From a virus (lineage: Duplodnaviria; Caudoviricetes), in IMG/VR virus record IMGVR_UViG_3300016643_000319, positions 1 through 42,967 of that record: a DNA stretch of 42,967 nucleotides; one strand, written 5' to 3'. Of the stretch, positions 17,924 through 26,552 are shown in pieces. Numbering within the stretch: the first letter of the stretch is position 1; every line of letters starts with the position of its first letter. Below the pieces are notes generated by a model. That model made no database searches. It had not been told where the DNA came from and saw only the letters and a list, made by a program, of their open reading frames with translations. The translations under genes and the position numbers were made by a program.

Positions 17924-19882
17924 TCAATACTTAATGCACATAAGTCGAGCCGTACTACGTGGTCGAGCCTCACTTCCGCCAGAAGAAGAAGTCGCGTACT
18001 GAACTTGCCCAGGTGTCACACCTGCAATGCCGGTTGGACTTAAGCCGTAGTTGGTATTGTGTATAGCGCCGTAAAGGTGGTTATGGTCCTTGTTTTGAGA
18101 ATCTTGCCAACTGCCTACAGACCTACCTGGATCAATGCCTCGGCCATCATCAGCACCTCGAATGAACTCGCCACGGCTGTCTGGCAAGTTAAATGTCGTA
18201 CTCCCATCGCCAGCGCCATAAGTTGTTCCGATTGCGGCAAAGAGGTTTGCGTATGCCACTCGCGAAATCGCTGCGCCATTTTCCTTGAGGAAACCCGCAG
18301 GCACTCCAGGGCCAGCAAAGGCGATAGTAGTTCCAGGCGGAAGGATGAGATTCGGGTCAAGGTTGCCGGTGTGCCACAGCTTGCGTGTATTACCCCAAAC
18401 ACCATTTGAACGGCCGCCACGCACATAAATATCGGGTTCGATCAACCCCTGCCGAAAGCCAATTTGGCCGGCATAACCTGAGTTGCCATAAGGGATGTTC
18501 ACCAAGCCGACATTATTCGCAAAGCCCGTTCCGCCATCACCGTAATAGTAAAAACCTCCAGGCAAACCAATGGTGTCAATCGCTGTCATTGGGGCAGCGG
18601 TCGCGCCCAAACCGTATTGACTTAGCGCTATAGCATCAGTAATGCCGTAGCCCGCAAGCGTAGTGGCTTTAGGCGCTTTTCCATTTAACGCCGTTAAAAT
18701 AGTGGTTGAGAAATTGGGGTCGTTTCCTAAAGCCGCAGCCAGCTCCTTTAGCGTATCCAACGCCCCAGGCGCGCCGTCCATTACGGCTGTGATAGCGTCC
18801 TGCACGGCCTTTTGTACAAATGCTGTGTTAGCCAAAAGAGCGTTGTTCGATCCAGTGGGAGCCGTTGGACAACCAGGCGCCCCCGTAAATACTGGACTCG
18901 CCAAGGAAGCCTTTAGATTAAGCGCGCTATCGATCTGCCCCATGGTGTAAGCGTTAGCTATGCCATAACCAGCCAAGGTGGTGGCTTTGTTCGCTTTGGT
19001 CGCGGGATCGAAGTTTCCGGTGTGCCAGAGCTCACGAGTCGCCGTCCAGACATTGGCCGCTTTACCACCACGCACTAGAATTCTTGGCTCTGTATTGCCC
19101 TGTTCAAAACCGATTTGCCCGGCATAGGAATCTGCGCCGTAAGGGATGTTGACCAGGCCGAGATTATTGCCGAAAGTGCTCTGGCCGGCGCCAAAGTAAT
19201 AAAAACCGCCGGGTAAACCAACGGTATCAATAGCAGCAGGAGGAGCCGTTGTACCGCCCAGGCCATGCTGGCCTCTTGCGATACCGTTAGTAATGCCGAA
19301 GCCCTCTAGCGTAGTCGGGTTCCTACCTGATAGAACCAAACCTCGCCTATCAGTGGTTACCTGAAACCAAGCGCCTGGTGTTTTATTCGATGGGAGTACC
19401 GCATCAATCGAAAGATCAACGTATTCACGGGTTGCCAGAACAATCGCGGGGTCAATTTTTAGAACAACATTTGTAATGCTGGAAATGATGAAATTCATCC
19501 GCACGATCTGCGTGCGACCAGATCCCTGAGACAAAAGCGACTTGTAGCTCGGCGCACAGTTGGCAACAGCGATCAGGTCGCCATCTGAATCATACAAACC
19601 AATTTCCCGCACCCACCAACCACCAACATCAGCCGGGATCACCTGTTCGGCGATCAAAACGGAGGGGTTAAGGGGATCAATCATTAGCTGATTGAGCGGC
19701 GCCCTGCGGCGCTCGTTGATCAGCTTCGTTTGCAGTCGATCCGGGATAGGATTTGTATCGTTCGCATCCCCCACTCCCATCTGTGCAATGTTCCATGGAA
19801 TACCCAGCGCATCAGCGTTGGCCTGCTTCGCCTCGCCTACCCTGGTGAGGATGGCGAAGAATTGTGAATTAACGTCGATCAT
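17924..19882 (-). CDS. Tail fibre protein (P2 gpH-like N-terminus, collar domain)
   Basis: EQVIPADVGGWWVREIGL N-terminus, DTLKELAAALGNDPNF repeat and collar YANLFAAIGTTYGAGDGSTTFNLPD.RG.F.RG. Confidence 0.93.
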   Translation of the reverse strand: MIDVNSQFFAILTRVGEAKQANADALGIPWNIAQMGVGDANDTNPIPDRLQTKLINERRRAPLNQLMIDPLNPSVLIAEQVIPADVGGWWVREIGLYDSDGDLIAVANCAPSYKSLLSQGSGRTQIVRMNFIISSITNVVLKIDPAIVLATREYVDLSIDAVLPSNKTPGAWFQVTTDRRGLVLSGRNPTTLEGFGITNGIARGQHGLGGTTAPPAAIDTVGLPGGFYYFGAGQSTFGNNLGLVNIPYGADSYAGQIGFEQGNTEPRILVRGGKAANVWTATRELWHTGNFDPATKANKATTLAGYGIANAYTMGQIDSALNLKASLASPVFTGAPGCPTAPTGSNNALLANTAFVQKAVQDAITAVMDGAPGALDTLKELAAALGNDPNFSTTILTALNGKAPKATTLAGYGITDAIALSQYGLGATAAPMTAIDTIGLPGGFYYYGDGGTGFANNVGLVNIPYGNSGYAGQIGFRQGLIEPDIYVRGGRSNGVWGNTRKLWHTGNLDPNLILPPGTTIAFAGPGVPAGFLKENGAAISRVAYANLFAAIGTTYGAGDGSTTFNLPDSRGEFIRGADDGRGIDPGRSVGSWQDSQNKDHNHLYGAIHNTNYGLSPTGIAGVTPGQVQYATSSSGGSEARPRSTARLMCIKY

Positions 19883-20484
19883 GGGTACACGTCCAGGGTG
19901 TCGATAGTGTGCTCACGTCCTGACGCGCCAATGTAGCCAGTGACATCAATGTCACGCTGCATGGGCGGATAGACGTTGATTACATCGCCTTCATAAACGG
20001 CGACACCAATGTTTAAAGCGCCTTGGGTTTCGAGGCTGATCGCCAAACCGGTTAGCTGACGGCTGACGGGCTTCGCGTCATCGACCAGCCGTTCCAGCTC
20101 CAGGTACATCTCTTCGGTAATACCGGTGTCCAGCACGCCGACCTTCAAAGCAAAGGTGCCAGGCACACCTCGCGGTACGGTCTGCCACCACTCGATCACC
20201 TCGATCAGGTAGCCCAACGGCTCCACCACGCGCCGGAGCGCGCCGATAGTGCCTTTGTGGGCATGCACGTAGAATGCGGAACGAATGGCCGAACGCTTGA
20301 CCGCCTCAGTCCAGCCGCTGTCCCACCGGTCTACCGACCAGGTCCACGCTAGCCAGGGCAATAAGTGCGCTGGGCAAGTGTCCGGGTTGTACAAAGTACG
20401 TAGTGGAATCTCAGTGGTTTCAGCCAGCGCGGCCTCGATGGCCCGCTCCAGCTGGGTGCTGCTCAGGGGTAATAAACTGGTCAT
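19879..20484 (-). CDS. Baseplate wedge, P2 gpI-like
   Basis: LYNPDTCPAHLLPWLAW..SVD.W and H.HKGT motifs. Confidence 0.93.
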   Translation of the reverse strand: MTSLLPLSSTQLERAIEAALAETTEIPLRTLYNPDTCPAHLLPWLAWTWSVDRWDSGWTEAVKRSAIRSAFYVHAHKGTIGALRRVVEPLGYLIEVIEWWQTVPRGVPGTFALKVGVLDTGITEEMYLELERLVDDAKPVSRQLTGLAISLETQGALNIGVAVYEGDVINVYPPMQRDIDVTGYIGASGREHTIDTLDVYP

Positions 20485-20485
20485 G

Positions 20486-21367
20486 TCAGCCTCCAAGGAC
20501 CACGCTGTAGTCCGTGCAAAAGGCCGCCTGGAACTTGTTCGGCTTCAGATCACCCCAGCCGCGCAGCTCGACCCGACCGACGCCGCTGATGTGCAGCTGC
20601 GCATCGACACCGGATCGCGCCACCTCCAACGCCAAGCGCTTTCGTGGATTGATCCAGGCGGCGAGACGCTTGATCGCCTCGGCGAGGATGGCGTCGTTTT
20701 CCGGGCCGACGCCCTGCATGTGCAAAACGGCATCAATTCGATATTCGAGGATCTCCGCGCTCTGCACCGTGAGGCGGTCGCCAACCGGGCGGATGTCGTC
20801 GTCGCTGAGCTTGGCGAACACCTGGTCCAGCAACGCTTGATCAGCCCGGCCGTTGCCGTTGAGACTCAGCACGGTCACGACCACTTCAGCCGGTGACGGG
20901 CTTTCCGCCGTGGCATCGGCCACCAACGCCGAAGCGTTGCGAGCGTGGAAGATGTAGCTGTTTCGAGGGCCTGCAGTGGTGAGCCCCTCGTAGACCAACT
21001 GGATGCGCTCACGCAGGGCATCGTCCGACTCCCTGACCTCCTCAACCGGCGGTACCGAGAACAGGTTTTCCGGCTGGATGACCAGGCGCTTGAGCCTGAC
21101 GTTGGTCGCAAGCTGGTCGAGGTCTTCCTTTTCGGCGTAGGCCAACATAAGGGCTTTGGCCGCATCATTGACTCGTGCCCTGTTTTGCATCTTGCCGTAG
21201 GCGCCCAACTCGACGAGCTTGACCACCGGATCGCTCTCCAAGGCCGCCGACCAGTTCTCTCCCATGTATCCGCGAAAGGCTGACAGCCCCTCTTCATACA
21301 ACGCCTCGTAGTCCAGAGACTCCAGCACCTGCGGCGCCGGCAACGCCGATAAATCCACCGTGCTCAT
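20486..21367 (-). CDS. Baseplate J-like protein
   Basis: DLSALPAP, ESDP, ESDDALRER, AGP...Y.FHA and RPVGD motifs. Confidence 0.94.
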   Translation of the reverse strand: MSTVDLSALPAPQVLESLDYEALYEEGLSAFRGYMGENWSAALESDPVVKLVELGAYGKMQNRARVNDAAKALMLAYAEKEDLDQLATNVRLKRLVIQPENLFSVPPVEEVRESDDALRERIQLVYEGLTTAGPRNSYIFHARNASALVADATAESPSPAEVVVTVLSLNGNGRADQALLDQVFAKLSDDDIRPVGDRLTVQSAEILEYRIDAVLHMQGVGPENDAILAEAIKRLAAWINPRKRLALEVARSGVDAQLHISGVGRVELRGWGDLKPNKFQAAFCTDYSVVLGG

Positions 21368-21690
21368 GCCGACACCTCAAGCAGTAGGCTTTCGCCTTGA
21401 TATTCACCGGTTAATTTGAAGTCGATACGGCCGCCGACAATGGCGACGACCTGTACCTGTTCCAGCTTCAGCCGCGGTTCCCACCGCCCAAGCGAACGGG
21501 CCACTTCGGCCTGTACAGCGCTCTTCCAGCCAGCATTGACGGGCAGGTCGACAAAACGCCGTATCTGGCTGCCGTACTCTGGTCGCATCCGCCGGCTACC
21601 CACTGGCGTGGCGAGAATGTCCTCAATGGACTGCCGGAGATGGTCGAGACCGGACAACAGCATGCCGGTGCGACGATCCATTCCGATCAT
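21364..21690 (-). CDS. Baseplate gpW/gp25-like protein
   Basis: HLRQSIEDILATPVGSRRMRPEYGS and RWEPR. Confidence 0.93.
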   Translation of the reverse strand: MIGMDRRTGMLLSGLDHLRQSIEDILATPVGSRRMRPEYGSQIRRFVDLPVNAGWKSAVQAEVARSLGRWEPRLKLEQVQVVAIVGGRIDFKLTGEYQGESLLLEVSA

Positions 21691-21695
21691 CAGGC

Positions 21696-21911
21696 TTACT
21701 CCTGTACCAGTTCCAAATCCGGATGGGCCTTGAGGAAGGCGAGCTGTTTATCAGTGCTGGCCGAAACACGACCCTTGGTCACGGATGCCGTGCTGCCATC
21801 GGGAAAGACCAACGTACGTGACGTGTAGAGCGTGTCGCGGAAAGTGCTGCCAATGACAATGGGCAGCTCAGTCTCGATAACGTCCTGGCTGTCAGGTTTG
21901 TTTCTACTCAT
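21696..21911 (-). CDS. Small hypothetical protein between gpV and gpW
   Basis: 71-aa ORF (FRDTLYTSRTLVFPDG) with GGAG upstream; fills the gap in the operon. Confidence 0.65.
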   Translation of the reverse strand: MSRNKPDSQDVIETELPIVIGSTFRDTLYTSRTLVFPDGSTASVTKGRVSASTDKQLAFLKAHPDLELVQE

Positions 21912-21924
21912 GAAGGGATGCTCC

Positions 21925-21952
21925 AAAACGAAGAAACCCGCACGGGGCGGGT
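21925..21952 (-). terminator. Terminator-like hairpin after gpV
   Basis: Stem ACCCGC/GCGGGT followed by TTCTTCGTTTT on the minus strand. Confidence 0.55.
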
Positions 21953-21957
21953 CGGAA

Positions 21958-22515
21958 TCAGTGTTTGTGGTTGGGTGTATTACCGCCGACATCGATGACC
22001 TTGCCCGCACTATTAATGTCGCCGGTCGTTGTCAGCGGCCCGTCTACGGTTACCGTACCTACCAGGTTGATCTGCCCAGATACCAACCGCGTACCGCTGG
22101 GCGTCATCTCCAGAACTGAGCCACCCACCTTGACCGTGACGGTACCGGCCGGCAGATCGATGGTGTAGCTGTTGGCTTCCCAGTCGTAGACCAGGGAGCC
22201 ACCATCGTCGAAACGCCAGACTTCTACGTGGTCTCGATTGTCCGGTTGCGCTCCAGTATTGCCGTACAGACCAGGAATGAACGTGCCCATCGCAGGCTCA
22301 CCGCTTGGGCTGAACAACACGCCCTGCTCTTTCAGGCTTGGCACCCGCCAATGGCGCGCCTTGCCCGCAGCGAGGCTGTGCCAGCGCACCCAGGCGCTGG
22401 TCCATTCATCCGCCTGTACCCGAACCATGGCCGTGGACAGATCCACCGCCACCACCACACAAGGCATCAACATCGAGGCGATCATTCGATCATGCTGTGC
22501 GGAGGCGTAGCTCAT
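21958..22515 (-). CDS. Baseplate spike, P2 gpV-like
   Basis: AAG.ARHWR.PS..EQ, F.DGGSL.YD and C-terminal H-x-H (NHKH). Confidence 0.92.
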   Translation of the reverse strand: MSYASAQHDRMIASMLMPCVVVAVDLSTAMVRVQADEWTSAWVRWHSLAAGKARHWRVPSLKEQGVLFSPSGEPAMGTFIPGLYGNTGAQPDNRDHVEVWRFDDGGSLVYDWEANSYTIDLPAGTVTVKVGGSVLEMTPSGTRLVSGQINLVGTVTVDGPLTTTGDINSAGKVIDVGGNTPNHKH

Positions 22516-23048
22516 AGCAGATCCTCCGGCTTGATGTATTTATGTTCATTGCCTGGCCCCGTGTCATCGTTGAAACCAAACACCAACGTGCCCGGCGGCT
22601 CATCCGGCCACGGCCATTCCTCAGCTCCCAGATAGATCGTTTGATCCCACTCCACCAGCCAGACGAAATAGCCATCCAGTTCAGGCTTGGTCCAGTCCTG
22701 GGTGGAGCGCACAAACTCGGCGCAGTTGACTTCCAGGCCCCAGCTTTGCGACCGCAACAGCACGGCCAGTTGCGCCGCCAACTGCACGGCCTGACGTTGC
22801 GGATCTGCACTGATCGAATCGACGACAATCCGCGCTTCGAACTTGCAGTTCAGCGATGTTTCACCGGTACCGATATCTGGCGCGGGCTCCATCTCGGCCA
22901 TTTCCAACAACACCACAGGAGTAGGGATGGTGGTCTCTGCCGACAGATCCGGCCAGAAAGACACGGCCTGAATCCCCGGCAGATGCTCTTGCAGGTGCTG
23001 CTCGATAGCTTCATACAAGCGGTCGAGGCTGAAAGGCTGATCAGACAC
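22512..23048 (-). CDS. Tail completion/terminator-like protein
   Basis: Acidic 178-aa ORF between the Z-like gene and gpV, with an overlapping GTG start. Confidence 0.7.
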   Translation of the reverse strand: MSDQPFSLDRLYEAIEQHLQEHLPGIQAVSFWPDLSAETTIPTPVVLLEMAEMEPAPDIGTGETSLNCKFEARIVVDSISADPQRQAVQLAAQLAVLLRSQSWGLEVNCAEFVRSTQDWTKPELDGYFVWLVEWDQTIYLGAEEWPWPDEPPGTLVFGFNDDTGPGNEHKYIKPEDLL

Positions 23049-23697
23049 GGATGTTCCCCTTGAGGTACTTCTGCAATTCAAAGTTCAGCTCTTGCTTGAG
23101 GATCTCCAGCAAGCGCCCATCGGCGCGTTTCACCCAACTGTCGAAGTGCGGTCGCACCTGGTCCAACGAAACCTTGGCTTTCGCCAACGGGAAGCGGTTG
23201 TCGCTTTCCGCCACGAAACCCGAGCTGCGGCGGCCCTGCGTACTGCCGGGATAGTCCGTGGCGTTGAAATGCTTACTCGACGTGCGGATCCAGATGTCGG
23301 GGCTGCTGCCATACACCTGTTTGAAGAACGCGCCCTGGTAGCGCCTACCCGCCACAGAAACCCCGGCGCGAGATTGACGAGGCCGTCCAATGCGGCTGGC
23401 CTCGATAGCGTTGACACCGAACCACAACTTGCCGCGCATCGCCCCGCCGCTGACCGGGTAAGCCCGCAAGCGTTGCCGGACGGCGCCAATGGCAATCCGT
23501 TCCTGCTTGCCCACAGCACGAGCGATGTGGGTACGCAACCAACCTAACGTCTTGTTGATCGCACGGCGCTGGGCCGCTGCAGCAGCCTTGGGCACCAGTT
23601 GCCCAAACTCGCGCAAAGCCTGTGAATGCACCGCAGACGGCTGGATGTTGATCATCCCGCTATCGCGGTTCTGCTGCACATAGCTACCGACGCTCAT
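23041..23697 (-). CDS. Neck/minor tail protein (lambda gpZ-like)
   Basis: Basic protein with RAINKT and GAFF motifs; position after the head-tail joining gene. Confidence 0.72.
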   Translation of the reverse strand: MSVGSYVQQNRDSGMINIQPSAVHSQALREFGQLVPKAAAAAQRRAINKTLGWLRTHIARAVGKQERIAIGAVRQRLRAYPVSGGAMRGKLWFGVNAIEASRIGRPRQSRAGVSVAGRRYQGAFFKQVYGSSPDIWIRTSSKHFNATDYPGSTQGRRSSGFVAESDNRFPLAKAKVSLDQVRPHFDSWVKRADGRLLEILKQELNFELQKYLKGNIRV

Positions 23698-24014
23698 GGA
23701 CGTTTCCTCAAGATCAGTGCCACCAGCCCATTGCCATCGGGCGCCAGCTGCATCAGGTCGTAGTCACCGCCGCCGTCCAGACTTGGCAGATTGACGGTGA
23801 CCCGCAGGCCCTGGCTCAGGCCGTCCGAATCCTTCACGCGGATCTCAAAGCGAGGCTCGCGTATGGCGGTGTGTACCTTGCCGAACGCCGGTTGCTTCCA
23901 GGGTGCAGAGAACATCCCCAGCACCGGCTCGGCGCGACCTTCGATCACAGCACTGTCGCCCAGGGTTTCAAAAACCACGTCGTCGATGTCGTCGATCAGA
24001 TCGCGGAAGGCCAC
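23694..24014 (-). CDS. Head-tail joining protein (lambda FII-like)
   Basis: Follows the capsid gene; C-terminal PDGNGLVALIL. Confidence 0.7.
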   Translation of the reverse strand: MAFRDLIDDIDDVVFETLGDSAVIEGRAEPVLGMFSAPWKQPAFGKVHTAIREPRFEIRVKDSDGLSQGLRVTVNLPSLDGGGDYDLMQLAPDGNGLVALILRKRP

Positions 24015-24016
24015 GA

Positions 24017-25012
24017 TCACATCTCCAGCAGGATCTGCGCCCGAGGTCGCGTGCACAGGTGCAGCGGGTTGGACTGGGCTTCGCCGGCCACACCCTTGTT
24101 GAACGGCAGCGGCTCGATCTTGCTGTAGTACGGGATGCCCTGGGTGTTGACTGTTTCCATGTAGTCGGCCGGTGCGAAGGACGAGATGTACAGGTCAGGG
24201 ACGCCCTCGGGGATCAGCAGCGCCTTGTCGTCGTGGACAAACGCAACACCAGCAACCTTGCCGCGATACCGCTCCCAGACGATCCCGCCGAACTCGAAGG
24301 CTTCACGGGCATCGCCACGCAGAGACGCGGCTTGCATGGTGTTGAGGTAAGTCTCTTTGACCGACTTGTGGACGATCAGCTTGTTCCAGAAGTTCTTGCC
24401 GCACATGGCGCGGGAGCCGCTGCTGGTGACGCTGCCGAGGGCTTCTTCCTGCATATCCAAGGCTTCACCGCATTTGATCCGCAGCTCGGTATCTGGGCTG
24501 TTCAAGCCCATTGGCAGCTTCTGGCGATTCACGCCGAAGGATTTATAAATATCCAACAGAACCGTCTTGCCATCGGCGTCCAGCACCTGCCCGTTCAACG
24601 CGCCCATGCGCTGGAATTCGTGGGTGGCATCCAGCTGTCGTCGGGCCTTTGCCAGGCGCTTGTTGACTACATCCTGCACGGCCTGCAGTTCGCTGCGGGT
24701 ACCGAAGGCGCGGATGCCCTGGATCTCATCAGCCTTGATGGTGAAGCGCTCAGGGAGGTGCACGGTGTTGAAAGGAATCAACGTGCGCTTGGTCCCGCCA
24801 ACCACCAGGCCCGAAGTGCCGCGCTCGCCCGATGGCACCAGGGCCAGGGTGTCGCCGTCTTTCTCGATCTGCACGGTCAACGTGCTGATACCCTCTTCGC
24901 GGAACAGGCCAAGGCTGCTGATACGGCCCGGCAGGTATTCCTGCTCATTGATTGCAGCAGTCAGCGAGGAGACGCTGAATGCATCGTCTTCAAAAATGGC
25001 GATATCGGCCAT
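24017..25012 (-). CDS. Major capsid protein (lambda gpE-like)
   Basis: MADIAIF start with GGAG upstream; ADEIQGIRAFG, FAPADY.ETVNT.G and QSNPL motifs. Confidence 0.93.
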   Translation of the reverse strand: MADIAIFEDDAFSVSSLTAAINEQEYLPGRISSLGLFREEGISTLTVQIEKDGDTLALVPSGERGTSGLVVGGTKRTLIPFNTVHLPERFTIKADEIQGIRAFGTRSELQAVQDVVNKRLAKARRQLDATHEFQRMGALNGQVLDADGKTVLLDIYKSFGVNRQKLPMGLNSPDTELRIKCGEALDMQEEALGSVTSSGSRAMCGKNFWNKLIVHKSVKETYLNTMQAASLRGDAREAFEFGGIVWERYRGKVAGVAFVHDDKALLIPEGVPDLYISSFAPADYMETVNTQGIPYYSKIEPLPFNKGVAGEAQSNPLHLCTRPRAQILLEM

Positions 25013-25026
25013 GAGGTACTCTCCAG

Positions 25027-25054
25027 AAACGAAAAATCCCGCACTCGGCGGGAT
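25027..25054 (-). terminator. Terminator-like hairpin between decoration and capsid genes
   Basis: Stem ATCCCGC/GCGGGAT followed by TTTTCGTTT on the minus strand. Confidence 0.6.
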
Positions 25055-25074
25055 GGTTAGATGAGGTGAAAGCC

Positions 25075-25413
25075 TTAGCGGACGATCACGAAATGGGCGG
25101 CCAGGGCCTTTTCGGCGGCGGGGTCGAGGCCGGTCAAGTGCGCTTCGCTGACCTCGGCCAGCCGCACAATGGCACGACCGCGCCGGGCCACATCGGACTC
25201 GCCCAGCGGCCCATACAGAATCGCGACGGCGTTTTCGGTACCGTCCTCGGCGGTGGGCTGGTACGGGGCAAACTCGCTGCTGGCGGTGACTAGGCCGAGG
25301 ATCTGGCCCGGCTCCAGGGCTGGCCCGGCTGCGACGTTGATCGCTTCGCGGGAAATGTTGCCAGCGCCTTCGGACAGCAGGAACTCGCCTGCGTGCATCG
25401 ATTCGATTTTCAT
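25075..25413 (-). CDS. Head decoration protein (gpD-like)
   Basis: EFLLSE, G.ILG and DG.E.AVAIL motifs; between protease and capsid. Confidence 0.88.
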   Translation of the reverse strand: MKIESMHAGEFLLSEGAGNISREAINVAAGPALEPGQILGLVTASSEFAPYQPTAEDGTENAVAILYGPLGESDVARRGRAIVRLAEVSEAHLTGLDPAAEKALAAHFVIVR

Positions 25414-26552
25414 GCTCTTGCTCCTTTCGAGGTTCCGTTCTGTGCCGCCTGACGCGTAGCCCAGATTGAGTGGGTATCGACCTGTTTGGCCTTAATGGTC
25501 GGTTCCGGATCGTTATCCAGCGGCAGGCTGTTGTTGATCTCAAAACCACCGCCGCTGCTGACCAGCTTGTCGAACAGCCGAGCACGAACTGCGCTTTCGT
25601 CCAGACCCGCCGAGATAAACTCAGCGGTCAGTTCCGGCAATCGTGCGGCTACACACAGACCATGCAGCGTTTTCGCGTTGGTCAGTGCTGCCGTAACTAC
25701 CGCTTCGCTTTCCAGCCTGGTGGTGGCGAGCAGCGGCTCCACCAGGTTACTGATGCCGGCCGCCGCGCAACCCTTGGTGACCATAAGTGCCAGTCCAGCA
25801 GCGTCCAATACGGGAGCCGGTTCCGGTGGGTCGACAGGTTCAGGCGGTTCGACATCTGGCTCTTCATCCAACTGGGCGAGCAATTCAGCCGGGGCATGCT
25901 GGAAGCGCTGCAAGACACTGCCCTGGCCGAGACAGGCTTTGACCTTGAGGCCGTCGCCCACCTCATCTGCCAGGCCCAGCGCCACCGCCTCATTGGCAGT
26001 CAGCCAAGTCTCGGCGTTGACCATGCGCCGCAGCTCGGCCTCGTCAATGTCCGGTGCTTTGGACTTGTAGGCCGCGATGATCGCTTCCAGCGTCTGGTCC
26101 AACACATCAGCAACACGGCGGAAGTCTTCAGCGTCCCCCCCAGTGAATGTATAGGGGTTGTGGATCATCAACATGGCGTTGGCCGCAATCACCACCCGGT
26201 GAGCGCCGCACACCGCGACACTGGCCGCGCTAGCCGCCAAGGCATCAATGCGCCCGGTACAGCGATCGCCCAAGCGCGACAGCGCGTTGTGAATCGCCAG
26301 GCCGTCGAACAAGTCGCCACCGATGCTGTTGAACGCAACGATTACCGGCGACGCGCCGTCATCCATGGCACGCAGGTCCTGGACAAACTGATTAGCGCTG
26401 ACACCCCAGGTGCCGATCTCGCCGTATACAAACACCTCAATAGTTTGCTGCTCGGCTTCACCGCTGGCCTGAAAGGTGTACCAACTCTTATCCGCGACTT
26501 TTACCTGCTTGCCAGCCTTGTCATAAATGCGCGGGATCGCTTTTTTACTCAT
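25410..26552 (-). CDS. ClpP-type prohead protease with C-terminal scaffold
   Basis: NSIGG, LAASAAS, MIHNP and ETWLTA.EA...G.AD motifs. Confidence 0.93.
   Translation of the reverse strand: MSKKAIPRIYDKAGKQVKVADKSWYTFQASGEAEQQTIEVFVYGEIGTWGVSANQFVQDLRAMDDGASPVIVAFNSIGGDLFDGLAIHNALSRLGDRCTGRIDALAASAASVAVCGAHRVVIAANAMLMIHNPYTFTGGDAEDFRRVADVLDQTLEAIIAAYKSKAPDIDEAELRRMVNAETWLTANEAVALGLADEVGDGLKVKACLGQGSVLQRFQHAPAELLAQLDEEPDVEPPEPVDPPEPAPVLDAAGLALMVTKGCAAAGISNLVEPLLATTRLESEAVVTAALTNAKTLHGLCVAARLPELTAEFISAGLDESAVRARLFDKLVSSGGGFEINNSLPLDNDPEPTIKAKQVDTHSIWATRQAAQNGTSKGARA

Noticed and set aside
17924-19882. Tail fibre diversification by invertase shufflon or diversity-generating retroelement
   Set aside because: There is no invertase, reverse transcriptase, inverted fibre cassette or near-identical TR/VR pair. 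The fibre repeats differ at all base types.
22440-22465. Additional CACCACCAC copies in coding DNA (for example 22449 and 5794)
   Set aside because: They lie on the non-transcribed strand of Val-Val codon runs and are expected by chance, so they were not counted in the leader motif set.
25013-25585. N-terminal extension of the capsid ORF overlapping the decoration gene (possible fusion or frameshift)
   Set aside because: The translation is Arg/Pro-rich and implausible. A good RBS precedes ATG 25012, a terminator-like hairpin intervenes, and no slippery site was seen.
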